NCBI GenBank assembly: GCA_964384025.1
Contig: CAYLJJ010000029.1
Location: forward strand, 1-60,328
Direction of reading: 5' to 3'
Source: an uncultured Nannocystaceae bacterium
Lineage (GTDB): Bacteria; Myxococcota_A; Bradymonadia; UBA7976; UBA1532
DNA length: 60,328 bases
Shown: positions 10,369 through 20,375 of the stretch, piece by piece
How positions within the stretch are numbered: position 1 is the first letter of the stretch
Layout of the letters: each line of letters opens with the position of its first letter
Notes under the pieces: model-generated
Told to the model about the DNA's origin: nothing
What the model saw: the letters and a program-made list of their open reading frames with translations, nothing else
Database searches by the model: none
Position numbers and translations under genes: made by a program

Positions 10369-10805
10369 AGATTTCTTTAATTTATATGTTTTAGTTTTTA
10401 AAAAAGAGCGTTCAGATATTGTCAACTTAAGCAAACAGGTGCAATCGAAAGTGTGGATAATATCTTTGTTGCGTTCGAAAATCAACAATTATAGGTTAAG
10501 CGGGCGGGGTCTCTAGAATCGGCTTGGGACCGTAGATACAGCTTGATACTACTCGTTATATTCATCTGTACCAAACTGTGACTCCCTTTGTGACCACCAG
10601 CAAGGGCACTCCCGAGAAGATAATGCCAAAACATGCCGTATTTTTCGTAATGAGACACGAAAATATGCGGTTATAATCGTTGTATTTCATCTCTCATGAA
10701 GATGATCTCTGCCCCACCTTGAAATTGGAGTGGTGCTCATCAAATTGAGTCGTTTATCTCTCATCAAAACTTGGCAGTCCAGTCTGAATTCGTCACGATG
10801 GATCT

Positions 10806-11270
10806 ATGAATACACAATCACCTGAGACAACCGCCCGCGATGTGATGAATATCGCGCCAACCGTAACCCCTTCTACCTCGATCAAAGAGCTCGCGAAGAT
10901 GCTCCTCAACACAGGCCTTGATGGCGCGTGCGTAGTCGAGAAAGAGCGCCTCGTGGGTGTTGTGACTGCTATGGATCTCATCTTCCAGAAGAAACGGGTG
11001 CACCTGCCCTCGTTCTTCACCTTCCTCGACGCCCTCATCCCGCTTGAATCGCCCAGTCGGCTTGAGGAGGAGCTGCGGAAGCTTGCAGGCTCCACTGTCG
11101 CAGACATCATGACTACTTCCATCCGTACTGTCTCCAGCCACACTCCCCTCGATGAAGTCGCCCAGCTCATGGTGGAGCATCATCTGACGATCTTGCCCGT
11201 CATTGATGGCCCACGGCTGTTAGGGATGGTAGATAAGCCTACCATGATTCGTGTCGCTGTGGGTATTTGA
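10806..11270 (+). CDS. CBS-pair domain protein
   Basis: 154 aa with two CBS-like modules (VVTAMDLIF; HLTILPVIDGPRLLGMVD). It is flanked by AT-rich non-coding DNA. Confidence 0.65.
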   Translation: MNTQSPETTARDVMNIAPTVTPSTSIKELAKMLLNTGLDGACVVEKERLVGVVTAMDLIFQKKRVHLPSFFTFLDALIPLESPSRLEEELRKLAGSTVADIMTTSIRTVSSHTPLDEVAQLMVEHHLTILPVIDGPRLLGMVDKPTMIRVAVGI

Positions 11271-11674
11271 AGGTTTCTATTCTCTTTACCACTGGTTCTT
11301 TTGCTGTTGTCAATGAAATCGCACAGCGCCTACGTAAGAAAGAAAGTTGTCTTTTCGGTAGTACGGTGATACTAATTTTTTAAAATGCTCGCACTTGGTA
11401 TTTAACTTGAGAATTCTTCTAAATATCCATAAAAAACGAATACCATGAGGTGTTTATAAGCTTATAAAGATAAAATACTGGGATGTTCGTATTTGAAATC
11501 CAATTTTTTAGTTGAAAAAAGTATGTTACAACACAAAAAACAAGCATGCAAATGCAACCCATGTAATAAACAATTCTTTGAGAATCCCAACCGTGCATCT
11601 TTAAGGAGAGCTTACTTCGAGATCGGCGATATCGAAGAAATATCCTCTCGCCTTTTAAGGTTCTCTCCTGCCTG

Positions 11675-12388
11675 ATGAGATGCTTGATCCTCTTTCTGTT
11701 GATGACAAGCGGGCTGAGCGCCACGCCCAGACCAAACTCTGAGGAGCTGCTCTGCCCTCCAAAGAGACGACAGGTCTGGTTAGAAGGCTTTCAGTTGGCG
11801 GTAGATATCAAGCGGGCGCTGCTGGCCATCCGCCCCCTCAAAGGCTCCTCTCCGAAGGTAGAGCGCCTACAGTTTCAGCCTGGAGATCTTTTGGTAGCGC
11901 TGGCCCCGAGCGAGATCAACGCTGTCTTGGGGGCTTTTCATGAGCAGCGCTTGCGGATTAAACTCAGCCAAAAATCTCAACGATGTGGGGCTTTCCAAAC
12001 CCAGAAGATCAGCTTCTTCGACCTTCAGCTGCCCCTGACAGAGGTTGAACCTGAGTATCAAAGAAGGCGACCTGAGCTGCGTGTGCGGGTCGGAGGAGAT
12101 GGGCCTGGTGGAACGCAGCTTCGTCTTCGAGCAGAGCAGATCGCGAGGCGCTGCCTCCGCTATATGAACACCTCTCTGCTGCGCGGAGCGCTTATCGTCG
12201 AGCTGCGCAGCAGCCCTCTTGGGCTGCCTGAGCCCCCTCGGATGGTGGTCGATGGCCTTATCCGGCCTCTATTGAGCCGCTGCCTCCTCAATGAGCTTCG
12301 ACACAGCGAGCTGCTTTGGAGAGAGCTGCCTCCTGGTGCCCGTGATCTCCTCCCCTTTTATTTTGGGCCTCGTGTAGATTCTCCCTGA
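11675..12388 (+). CDS. hypothetical secreted protein
   Basis: 237-aa ORF with an N-terminal signal peptide (MRCLILFLLMTSGLSA). High-GC codon usage. No family recognised. Confidence 0.35.
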   Translation: MRCLILFLLMTSGLSATPRPNSEELLCPPKRRQVWLEGFQLAVDIKRALLAIRPLKGSSPKVERLQFQPGDLLVALAPSEINAVLGAFHEQRLRIKLSQKSQRCGAFQTQKISFFDLQLPLTEVEPEYQRRRPELRVRVGGDGPGGTQLRLRAEQIARRCLRYMNTSLLRGALIVELRSSPLGLPEPPRMVVDGLIRPLLSRCLLNELRHSELLWRELPPGARDLLPFYFGPRVDSP

Positions 12389-13056
12389 GTTGAGGGTAGA
12401 ATCCGTGCGTCTCCCTGCCAAAGAAGATCCCTAACTCGACCTGAGATCCAAGCTCGGGGAACCACCCCTGAGAGCTTATCCAAGGGGCAGCTGCGGCGAT
12501 TGTCACAGAGCAGGAAGAGATGCCCTGGAGGAATCTCCATCTCAGGCAGCTCCATCATCCAGGGCTTGGCACTGCCCAGATGATCGCCCAGGATATGGTG
12601 CTGTTGTTGAGGATTGAGTGGCTCAGTAAAGGATTGCTGACGAAGGGTTCGATCCGCCTCTCGATAAGCAAAGGGCTCCTCTACATGAACCTCCAAAGGC
12701 AGCTCATCCAAGACCAGGAGTCCATCAAGGGAGGCGATCTGCTGACCCTCCAAAGCCAAGACACGGCGAAGGACACGGCGCTCGCCCTGCTCAACGAGGA
12801 CAACATCTCCCTGGGTGATCTCGGGCTGAGCCTGAATCAGAAGGATGTCCCCCTCTAGGATATTGGGAGCCATAGTATTGCCGCGCACGATGACCAACTC
12901 AAAGAGAAAGATCCGCACCAACAGCAACAACAATAGAGGAGGGAGCAGCAGCCACTTGAGGAGACCTCTGCGCCTGGGTCGCCAAGCGGAAGATGAGGAG
13001 AGTGAGGATCTCCTCTTGCCAGAGAGCAATCGGCGCCTGGGTCGTCGGCGCTTCAT
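12358..13056 (-). CDS. S26 family signal peptidase I-like protein (non-canonical Thr/Arg at catalytic positions)
   Basis: An Arg-rich N-terminus and a TM helix are followed by VRGNTMAPNILEGDILLI, which aligns to the SGSMxPTL box with Thr at the nucleophile position. VLRRVLALEG aligns to the YxKRxxGLPGD box, with Arg for Lys. The C-terminal CDNRRSCPLD corresponds to the GDNRxxSxDSR box. Confidence 0.55.
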   Translation of the reverse strand: MKRRRPRRRLLSGKRRSSLSSSSAWRPRRRGLLKWLLLPPLLLLLLVRIFLFELVIVRGNTMAPNILEGDILLIQAQPEITQGDVVLVEQGERRVLRRVLALEGQQIASLDGLLVLDELPLEVHVEEPFAYREADRTLRQQSFTEPLNPQQQHHILGDHLGSAKPWMMELPEMEIPPGHLFLLCDNRRSCPLDKLSGVVPRAWISGRVRDLLWQGDARILPSTQGESTRGPK

Positions 13057-13075
13057 TCAGATGGGGAGGAGGCCA

Positions 13076-13576
13076 TCAGAGCCGCTCAAGCTCCTGAGCG
13101 ATACGATCCAGAACACCGTTGACAAACTTGCTGCTCTTGTCGGTCCCATAGCGTTTGGCGATCTCGATCGCTTCGTTGAGGACCGCAGGCCCTGGCGTTC
13201 CCCCCTCAAAGGCCAACTCAAAGACCGCTAGACGCAGGATGTTGCGATCCACCCGGTTCATCCGCAGCACTTTCCAGTTGTGAGAGAAGCGCTGGATCAG
13301 CTCGTCGATGTTCTGGCGGTTGTCCATCACCCCTTGAACAAGCAGCTCGACAAAGGGCCAGTGCCGCTCCTCAGAGAGGAGGTGCTGAAGATGCTTGAGT
13401 TGGCGTGGGGAGAGCTGATTGAAGAGGCTCTCCAAAAACTCAGGATCGTCCCGGAAGGACTCAGCGAAAGAGTTGAGCGCCTCTGATGAGTCCTGGAATC
13501 TGCGAAGGTCCAGAGTAAAGAGGACCAGAAAAGCCCACTCCCGAGCAACATGACGACCTGAGATGGGGGTGCTCAC
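13076..13576 (-). CDS. nusB: transcription antitermination factor NusB
   Basis: 166 aa. [13 protein letters not shown] and the canonical position immediately after ribH (4-bp overlap). Confidence 0.85.
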   Translation of the reverse strand: MSTPISGRHVAREWAFLVLFTLDLRRFQDSSEALNSFAESFRDDPEFLESLFNQLSPRQLKHLQHLLSEERHWPFVELLVQGVMDNRQNIDELIQRFSHNWKVLRMNRVDRNILRLAVFELAFEGGTPGPAVLNEAIEIAKRYGTDKSSKFVNGVLDRIAQELERL

Positions 13577-14049
13577 GAGGCCCCCATCTTCTTGAGGAGA
13601 TCGGCCATCTCAATGGCAGAGAGGGCTGCCTCGGCGCCCTTGTTTCCAGCCTTGGTGCCCGCCCGCTCGATCGCCTGCTCGATGCTGTCGGTGGTGAGGA
13701 CGCCAAAGGTGATGGGGATCCCCATCTGTAGAGAGACCTGAGCCAAGCCCTTGCTGCTCTCAGCCGCGACATAATCAAAGTGGGGTGTGCTCCCCCGGAT
13801 GATCGCGCCCAGGGCGATGATGGCGTCTACCTTACCGCTGGTAGCCACCCGCTTAGCCAATAGAGGCAACTCCCAGGCGCCAGGGACCTTGAAGACCTGA
13901 ACATCTTCAGCGCGGACACCGTGACGCCGCAATGTGTCCATAGCGCCTTCTAAGAGACGATCGACGATAAAGTGGTTAAAGCGCGTGACCAGGATGCCAA
14001 AGCGAAGCCCCTGGGCGATAAGTTGGCCTTCTAGAGTGCGTGGGTTCAT
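13573..14049 (-). CDS. ribH: 6,7-dimethyl-8-ribityllumazine synthase
   Basis: 158 aa. [21 protein letters not shown] ... VPGAWELP ... [16 protein letters not shown], hallmark lumazine synthase motifs. Confidence 0.9.
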   Translation of the reverse strand: MNPRTLEGQLIAQGLRFGILVTRFNHFIVDRLLEGAMDTLRRHGVRAEDVQVFKVPGAWELPLLAKRVATSGKVDAIIALGAIIRGSTPHFDYVAAESSKGLAQVSLQMGIPITFGVLTTDSIEQAIERAGTKAGNKGAEAALSAIEMADLLKKMGAS

Positions 14050-14070
14050 GACTCTCCAATCTCTTGATCT

Positions 14071-15201
14071 TTAAGCTTTGCTTGGGCGCGGTGGGATAGA
14101 GATCTGCTCGACGATCTCCAGACCATAGCCCTCCAAGCCTTTGATGCGCGCCTCGCTACAGCTTAACAAGCGGATCTTTTTGACCCCCTGATCCAGGAGA
14201 ATCTGCGCTCCAATTCCAAACTCTCTTAGGGTCGCGATCGGCTCAGGTCCCCCCCGAAGCTCCTGAGAGACACGCGGGGCGGGTTTCTGGAGGTAGACCA
14301 GGACCCCTTGACCCTCCGCCTCCATACAGCGGAGGGCATACTCCAGACGCCAACGTGAGTCATAGGGAGCACAGCGAAAGACATCGCCCAACAAGCTCTC
14401 TTGATGAACACGACCCAGGACAGGCTGTCTTGGATCAGGTGTCCCTTTGACGATGGCGAGGTGCTCCAGGGCGCCCACCTTACTGCGGTAGCTGAGAACC
14501 TTAAACTCGCCTATCTCCGCGACCTCCAAGCGCTGCTCGGCGATGCGCTTGACCAAGCGCTCCTTACAGAGGCGATAGCTGATGATGTCTGCCACCGAGA
14601 GCATCAAGAGGCCTCGCTCACGAGCAAAAACCTCCAGCTGAGGTCGACGAGACATGCTGCCATCCTCGTTCATGATCTCGCAGATCACCCCAGCGGGCTC
14701 TAGGCCCGCGAGGCGAGCCAGATCGACAGAGCCCTCTGTCTGCCCTGTGCGCACCAACACCCCTCCCGCCTTGGCGCGTAGGGGGAAGATATGCCCTGGG
14801 CGCGAGAGCTGCTCAGGGCGAGCTTGGGGAGCGACCGCCGTGCGGATGGTGTGAGCTCGGTCTGCTGCGCTGATCCCCGTAGTTACTCCTTCGGCGGCCT
14901 CTATGCTCACCGTAAAAGCGGTCCCAAACTTACTGTTGTTCTCGTTCACCATCAGCGGGAGGTTCAGCTGGTCACAGCGAGCAGGGGTCAGGGAGAGGCA
15001 GATCAGACCACGGCCCTCTCGGGCCATAAAGTTGATGCTCTGGGCGGTGACCTTCTCGGCGGCCATCACCAGATCACCTTCATTCTCTCGATCCTCATCA
15101 TCGACGAGGATCACCATCTCACCCTGGCGGATCAGCTGGATGGCTTGCTCGACACGCTCCAGGCTCTCAGACTCTCGATCATTCATCTCTTTATAACTCA
15201 A
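14071..15201 (-). CDS. ribB: 3,4-dihydroxy-2-butanone-4-phosphate synthase fused to a degenerate GTP cyclohydrolase II-like domain (RibBX-type)
   Basis: The N-terminal half is a DHBP synthase ([20 protein letters not shown]). The C-terminal half aligns to RibA but lacks the Zn-binding Cys motif (ECLTGD ... RCDCG is replaced by ESLLGD ... RCAPYDSRW) and the NNPKK region. Confidence 0.8.
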   Translation of the reverse strand: MSYKEMNDRESESLERVEQAIQLIRQGEMVILVDDEDRENEGDLVMAAEKVTAQSINFMAREGRGLICLSLTPARCDQLNLPLMVNENNSKFGTAFTVSIEAAEGVTTGISAADRAHTIRTAVAPQARPEQLSRPGHIFPLRAKAGGVLVRTGQTEGSVDLARLAGLEPAGVICEIMNEDGSMSRRPQLEVFARERGLLMLSVADIISYRLCKERLVKRIAEQRLEVAEIGEFKVLSYRSKVGALEHLAIVKGTPDPRQPVLGRVHQESLLGDVFRCAPYDSRWRLEYALRCMEAEGQGVLVYLQKPAPRVSQELRGGPEPIATLREFGIGAQILLDQGVKKIRLLSCSEARIKGLEGYGLEIVEQISIPPRPSKA

Positions 15202-15842
15202 TCAGTAAAGCCGCAGCGGGCCAGAAGCTCTAGATCGATGCTCCCCTGGGCACGGCTCCCAAGGAGGCGCTCTACATACTTTCCCAGGAGATCCACCTCT
15301 AGGTTGACCTGTGAACCAGGGCGTTTTTTATGAAGCTGAACAACACCTTGGCTATGGGGGATAAGGACTACGCTAAAGCGCCCAGGCTTGAGATCATTGA
15401 TGGTCAGGCTGATCCCATCTATGGCGATAGAACCCTTCTCAACCAGGTAGCGCTCCAGCCCTGAGGGCAGAGAGAACCAGAGGCGCAGGGCCTCGCCCAG
15501 AGGCTCACTGCGCTCCAGACGACCTAGGCCATCGATATGACCGGCGACGAGATGTCCTCCCAGACGATCTCCCAGCTTCAACGCGCGCTCTAGATGAAGC
15601 AGCTCTCCTGGACGGCGCTGTCCCAGGGTGCTGCGGCTCAGGCTCTCTACAGAGGCCTCCACCCTGAACTCTCGCTCTGTAAAGGCGATGACGCTCAAAC
15701 AGGCACCATCTACAGCTACGCTGTCCCCCAGGCGCATCCCCTCCAGCAGCTCAGCAGGCGCGCTGATCTCAAGCTGAAGTCCAGGCCCTCTCCGCTGTAG
15801 GCCCTTAAGCTGGCCGCTGGCCTCGACGAGACCTGTAAACAT
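15198..15842 (-). CDS. ribE: riboflavin synthase (alpha subunit)
   Basis: Starts MFTGLVE (canonical MFTGI(V)E). 214 aa with two lumazine-binding repeats. Confidence 0.85.
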   Translation of the reverse strand: MFTGLVEASGQLKGLQRRGPGLQLEISAPAELLEGMRLGDSVAVDGACLSVIAFTEREFRVEASVESLSRSTLGQRRPGELLHLERALKLGDRLGGHLVAGHIDGLGRLERSEPLGEALRLWFSLPSGLERYLVEKGSIAIDGISLTINDLKPGRFSVVLIPHSQGVVQLHKKRPGSQVNLEVDLLGKYVERLLGSRAQGSIDLELLARCGFTD

Positions 15843-15859
15843 AGAGGGCTCCTTAAATA

Positions 15860-16924
15860 TCAGCGGCGGGCAGGGTACAAGATCTGGCCTCGAAAGCGCA
15901 GATCCCTCCCTAGAATTTTGATCTCAGGTTGATCGATACGCCAAGCAGCAGAGACGCTGGGGACTGAGGGCAGGTTCAAGACCGGGCGACCTCGCCCCAG
16001 CCAGAGCGGCGCGACATAGAAAAGAGCCTCATCTGCCAAGCCCTCTTTAAGGAGGCTGCCGTGGAGATGCCCTCCCCCCTCCACCAGGAGAGAGAGGACC
16101 CCTCGACGGGCCAGGGCCTCAAGCATCGGCTTCAAAGCCAGCCCCTCTGGCGCCAACGGCAGGGCCTCCAACTCAGCGCCTCGCTCTTCAAGAGCAGAGA
16201 TCCGCTCAGGGGCAACCTCAGGTCCATGGAAAATGAGCGCTCCGGGTCGCAGGAGGGCCGCATCTGGGGGAAGCCTGAGGAGCCTGTCCAGGAGGACTGG
16301 ACGGGGGTCTTCCCCCTCTGCCAAACGCACGTTCAGGCGGGGGTTATCGGCCAGCGCAGTTCCTGAAGCGACCAGGACAGCATCTACCTGAGCGCGCAGC
16401 GCATGCACCTCTCGCCGTGCCTCCTCTCCGGTGATCCATTTGGAGTCCCCGCTCTGGGTGGCGATGCGACCATCTAAGCTGACGGCAGCCTTGATGATCA
16501 CCCAGGGGCGACCCTCCAAGAAGCGGAAGAAGGGGGCGAGCTGCAGGGCACAGGCCTCAGCTTCACAGCCCTGTTTGACCTCAATGCCAGCAGCGCGGAG
16601 GGCCTGAACCCCGCCCCCATCGACCAGAGGGTTGGGATCTTGAAGCCCTACGAAGACACGCTTGATCCCCGCTGTGATGATCGCCTCGGTGCAGGGAGGG
16701 GTTCGCCCTTGATGGCAACAGGGCTCGAGGGTGACATAGAGATCAGCCCCTCGGGCGGCGGCGCCCGCCTCTCTGAGGGCTAAGATCTCCGCGTGAGCTT
16801 CTCCAGGAGGTTGAGTCACACCCCTCCCCAGGATCTCTCCCTCCCGCGCGATGACACAGCCCACCATCGGATTGGGGCTGACTCGATGCCGGGCCTCTGC
16901 GACCAAGCGGAGGGCCTCTCTCAT
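15860..16924 (-). CDS. ribD: bifunctional diaminohydroxyphosphoribosylaminopyrimidine deaminase / 5-amino-6-(5-phosphoribosylamino)uracil reductase
   Basis: 354 aa. HAEILALREAG ... LYVTLEPCCHQGRTPPC (CMP/dCMP deaminase Zn motif) followed by a RibD C-terminal reductase domain. Confidence 0.9.
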   Translation of the reverse strand: MREALRLVAEARHRVSPNPMVGCVIAREGEILGRGVTQPPGEAHAEILALREAGAAARGADLYVTLEPCCHQGRTPPCTEAIITAGIKRVFVGLQDPNPLVDGGGVQALRAAGIEVKQGCEAEACALQLAPFFRFLEGRPWVIIKAAVSLDGRIATQSGDSKWITGEEARREVHALRAQVDAVLVASGTALADNPRLNVRLAEGEDPRPVLLDRLLRLPPDAALLRPGALIFHGPEVAPERISALEERGAELEALPLAPEGLALKPMLEALARRGVLSLLVEGGGHLHGSLLKEGLADEALFYVAPLWLGRGRPVLNLPSVPSVSAAWRIDQPEIKILGRDLRFRGQILYPARR

Positions 16925-16940
16925 GAACAGGGGAAAGATC

Positions 16941-17394
16941 TTAGGGCTCCAGGGCGCTGATCTTCTCTAAGCGCCCTTGGTGACGGCCCCCTTCAAAGCG
17001 GGCATTTAAAAAAGCCTCCACTGCTGCGAAGAGAGGCAGCTCACCCAGCAGGCGGCCTCCCAGGCAGAGGATATTGGCATCGTTATGCTGTCGAGCTAGA
17101 CGAGCGCTCAGCTCATCGTGAGCCAGGGCTGCGCGAACCCCTGAGATCTTGTTGGCGGCGATCGACATCCCGATGCCAGTACCACAGAGCAGGATCCCAA
17201 GCTCTGCCTCTCCAGCGACCACCGCGTGGCCCAGCTTGGCGGCGAAGTCGGGATAGTCGCAGCGCGCCGAAGAGTAAGGCCCCAGATCGAGGAGCTTCAT
17301 CTGGGGTCGCACCATGCTCAGTTGAGAGAGCAACGCGGCCTTGGCCTCAAAGGCCGCATGATCGGAGGCGATCAGGATTTTCAAGCTTATTGCT
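16941..17394 (-). CDS. rpiB: ribose-5-phosphate isomerase B (RpiB/LacAB family)
   Basis: LKILIASDHAAFEAK ... LCGTGIGMSIAANK ... The likely start is the TTG at 17394, preceded by GAAGGAG. The ORF-track start at 17474 overlaps the fabF 3' end and is probably an upstream extension. Confidence 0.75.
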
Positions 17395-17454
17395 CCTTCA
17401 TGGCGCTGAGTCAGGGCCCGTCCGCAAATGGCTTCGGCAGAGGCTTTGCCTCCA

Positions 17455-18702
17455 TCATTTAGGCCATCGCCCAAAGAGGAGGCTCACATTACTGCCCCCA
17501 AAACCAAAGCTGTTGCTCATGGCGGCCTGAAAGCGAGCCTCGCGGGCCTCATTGGGCACATAGTCCAGATCACAATCAGGATCTGGGGTCTTGTAGTTGA
17601 TCGTGGGGGGGATCGCGCTATGTTTTAGGGAGAGCACTGTAATAGCGGCCTCAACCGCTCCTGCAGCGCCCAACATATGCCCCGTCATCGACTTACTGCT
17701 GCTCACCCAGAGCGTATCAGCGTGCGCTCCAAAAACCCCTCGGATGGCGCGGGTCTCTGCGAGATCATTAAGGGGGGTGGAGGTGCCGTGGGCGTTGATA
17801 TAGCCCACCGCCTCTGGAGGCAGCTCAGCGTCTTGCAGCGCGAGGCTCATGGCGCGACGAGCGCCTCGACCAGAGGGCTCGGGCTGGGTCATATGGAAGG
17901 CGTCTGAAGCTTGGCCATAACCCAAAAGCTCCGCTAGGATGGGGGCTCCTCGACGCTGGGCAAACTCCAACTCCTCTAAGACCAGGATCGCGCTCCCCTC
18001 AGCGCAGACAAAGCCATCTCGATCAGCATCAAAGGGGCGGCAAGCACGCTCAGGCTCCTCGTTGCGAGTGGAGAGGGCTCGTAGGGCGGCAAAGCCGGCG
18101 ATGCCCAGAGGGGTGATGGTAGCTTCACAGCCCCCCGCCAACATCAGATCAACCTCTCCACGCAGAATTTGATGGGCTGCTTCTCCTAAGCTATGCGCTC
18201 CGGTAGAGCAAGCGCTGACGCTGCCCAGGTTGGGTCCCTGAGCGCCAAAGCGGATCGAAACTTGTCCAGGGGCGAGGTTGGCGATGAGCCGAGGAATCAT
18301 AAAGGGGCTGATGCGGCGAGGTCCTCTCTTACGGAGCACCTCAGCGGCGATCTCGATCGTCTCTAAGCCGCAGAGACCCACCCCAATATGAACACCTGCG
18401 CGCTCTCCCAAGGGTGCTGAGAGTCCAGCAGACTCCACCGCTTCACAGGCCGCCGCCATGGCGAACTGAATAAAACGATCCATCCTGCGCAGTTCTCTTT
18501 TGGGGATCCAACGCAGAGGATCAAAGCCTTTGACCTCTCCGGCGATGCGCACAGAAAAGGCGCTGGAGTCAAAGCGGCTGATGGGAGCGATCCCGCCTTG
18601 AGCAGCGAGGAGCGAGGACCAAGTGGCAGAGACACCGACACCTATGGGGGTCACAAGGCCAACGCCGGTGACCACCACCCGCCGCTCTGAAGCTCTCATC
18701 AA
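17455..18702 (-). CDS. fabF: 3-oxoacyl-[acyl-carrier-protein] synthase II
   Basis: 415 aa. [15 protein letters not shown]. Active-site Cys context (SACSTGAH), [11 protein letters not shown] and GHMLGAAG motifs. Confidence 0.9.
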   Translation of the reverse strand: MMRASERRVVVTGVGLVTPIGVGVSATWSSLLAAQGGIAPISRFDSSAFSVRIAGEVKGFDPLRWIPKRELRRMDRFIQFAMAAACEAVESAGLSAPLGERAGVHIGVGLCGLETIEIAAEVLRKRGPRRISPFMIPRLIANLAPGQVSIRFGAQGPNLGSVSACSTGAHSLGEAAHQILRGEVDLMLAGGCEATITPLGIAGFAALRALSTRNEEPERACRPFDADRDGFVCAEGSAILVLEELEFAQRRGAPILAELLGYGQASDAFHMTQPEPSGRGARRAMSLALQDAELPPEAVGYINAHGTSTPLNDLAETRAIRGVFGAHADTLWVSSSKSMTGHMLGAAGAVEAAITVLSLKHSAIPPTINYKTPDPDCDLDYVPNEAREARFQAAMSNSFGFGGSNVSLLFGRWPK

Positions 18703-18724
18703 CTCTCCTGGGGATCTTTGAAGT

Positions 18725-18961
18725 CTACTCTACATGCTGTTGGATGTAGTTGATGGCATCTTGAACGCTGCGGATATTCTCAGCATCTTCGTCTGGAATC
18801 TCCACATCAAAGAACTCCTCCATCGCCATCACCAACTCTACCAAGTCCAGTGAATCAGCGCCGAGGTCATCGATAAAAGAGGCTTCAGGGACGACCTCTT
18901 CCTCGCTGGCGTCAAGCTGCTCAACGATGATCTGGCGGACTCTCTCTTCAACGCTGGGCAT
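18725..18961 (-). CDS. acpP: acyl carrier protein
   Basis: 78 aa. [18 protein letters not shown] phosphopantetheine attachment motif. Confidence 0.9.
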   Translation of the reverse strand: MPSVEERVRQIIVEQLDASEEEVVPEASFIDDLGADSLDLVELVMAMEEFFDVEIPDEDAENIRSVQDAINYIQQHVE

Positions 18962-19063
18962 GGGGACCTCTGATAGATCTTCTGCTGGGGTACAGCCCTC
19001 AGCCTGAGTATGCTGTCAACCTCAAGGCGGGGTGTCAAGACTGGATTGGGGAGTAAGGCGCTT

Positions 19064-20149
19064 CTACTCAGAGCCAGAATAGGAGCCGCTGGTTCTCGTG
19101 ATGGGCAGCTCAGAGGTACAGGTGTTCTCATCGGGTGGGGCGCTCTCTTTCAGGGCCTGCTTAAGGCGCTTAACCAACTCAAGCCCTGCATATCTTCGTG
19201 CCAAGCTGACCGCTTGAGCCAGGGCTCGAGGGGTAGAGGAGCCATGGGCGACAATGCCGATCCCATCTAGACCCAGGAGCGGGGCACCCCCCACGCTCAT
19301 CCAATCCAGCTCCTCACGAAGCTTGCGTAGAGAGCGGCTCATCAGGAGAGCTCCAACTGAGCCCACAAGATCACCTCTGAGATGTTCACGGGCCTTATCG
19401 AGGAGCGCCAGAGCGATACCCTCAGAGAGCTTAAGGACGATGTTGCCCACAAAGCCGTCTGTGACCACAACATCTGTCTCACCGAGGGGCAGGCTTTGCC
19501 CTTCGATATAGCCCACATATTTGAGATCGGTCATGCTCAAGAGGCGGTGAGCCTCTCTTAGAGTTTCTGTTCCCTTGGTCAACTCAATCCCATTAGAAAG
19601 CAGCGCCACCCTGGGACGAATGCGACCCAACTCAATCTCAGCGTAAGCGGCTCCCATCAGGGCAAACTGCACCAAGTGGCTGGCACGACACTCTACGTTG
19701 GCGCCCATATCTAAGAGTACTGTAGGGGCTCTTCGAGTGGGCATCGTGCTGGCGATGGCGGGGCGTTCACAGCGCGGCAGGCGTCGCAGCGTGAGGAGCC
19801 CTACGGCCATCATCGCTCCGGTGTTTCCAGCCGAGACGAAGCCGCAGGCGCGGCCCTCCTTGACCAGACGAAAGCCCAAGTGCATAGAGCTTTGCTGTTT
19901 GGCTCGGGCAGCGCGGCCGGGGTGCTCAGCCATGCCGATCGCCTCAGGGGCGTGGATCAGCTCCAAGCCCTCTCGACTCCCACCAAGGCGTTTCAGCTCC
20001 GCTTCAACGCGAGGCTCATCCCCCAATAAAATAAGAGGACCTTGACCCTCACGGAGAGCCTGTAAGGCGGCTTCCACCGCGACCGCAGGAGCCCGATCTC
20101 CCCCCATGGCATCCAAGGCCACCGGAGGTGATTCAGGGCGGTCGCTCAC
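19064..20149 (-). CDS. plsX: phosphate acyltransferase PlsX
   Basis: 361 aa. ALDAMGGDRAP N-terminal motif. Canonical position after rpmF. Confidence 0.9.
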   Translation of the reverse strand: MSDRPESPPVALDAMGGDRAPAVAVEAALQALREGQGPLILLGDEPRVEAELKRLGGSREGLELIHAPEAIGMAEHPGRAARAKQQSSMHLGFRLVKEGRACGFVSAGNTGAMMAVGLLTLRRLPRCERPAIASTMPTRRAPTVLLDMGANVECRASHLVQFALMGAAYAEIELGRIRPRVALLSNGIELTKGTETLREAHRLLSMTDLKYVGYIEGQSLPLGETDVVVTDGFVGNIVLKLSEGIALALLDKAREHLRGDLVGSVGALLMSRSLRKLREELDWMSVGGAPLLGLDGIGIVAHGSSTPRALAQAVSLARRYAGLELVKRLKQALKESAPPDENTCTSELPITRTSGSYSGSE

Positions 20150-20150
20150 C

Positions 20151-20339
20151 TCAGGCCTCGATCTCTACGACCTCTAGGACATAGCGATCCTTGTACCAGC
20201 CACAGGTGGTACAGATCCGATGAGGCTCTTTGGGCTGTTCACACTTAGGGCAGCTGTTATAGACCGCTGCCTTGATTTTGTGATTGGCTCGCCTGGAGTC
20301 GCGCTTAGAACGGGACTTCCTTCGCTTAGGGACGGCCAT
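20151..20339 (-). CDS. rpmF: 50S ribosomal protein L32
   Basis: 62 aa. MAVPKRRKSRSKRDSRR and C-terminal Zn-ribbon CPKCEQPKEPHRICTTCG. Confidence 0.9.
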   Translation of the reverse strand: MAVPKRRKSRSKRDSRRANHKIKAAVYNSCPKCEQPKEPHRICTTCGWYKDRYVLEVVEIEA

Positions 20340-20375
20340 ACTCTCTCTCCATTGCGCGGCGCTCCGCGCTTAATC

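Noticed and set aside
11419-11724. ORFs in the AT-rich spacer 11280..11680 (11419..11724 minus, 11493..11675 plus)
   Set aside because: Low-complexity AT-rich translations without RBS or motifs. Likely non-coding promoter DNA.
16925-16940. Looked for an FMN (RFN) riboswitch upstream of ribD
   Set aside because: Only a 16-bp gap separates rpiB and ribD. No intergenic space exists for an aptamer anywhere in the rib string.
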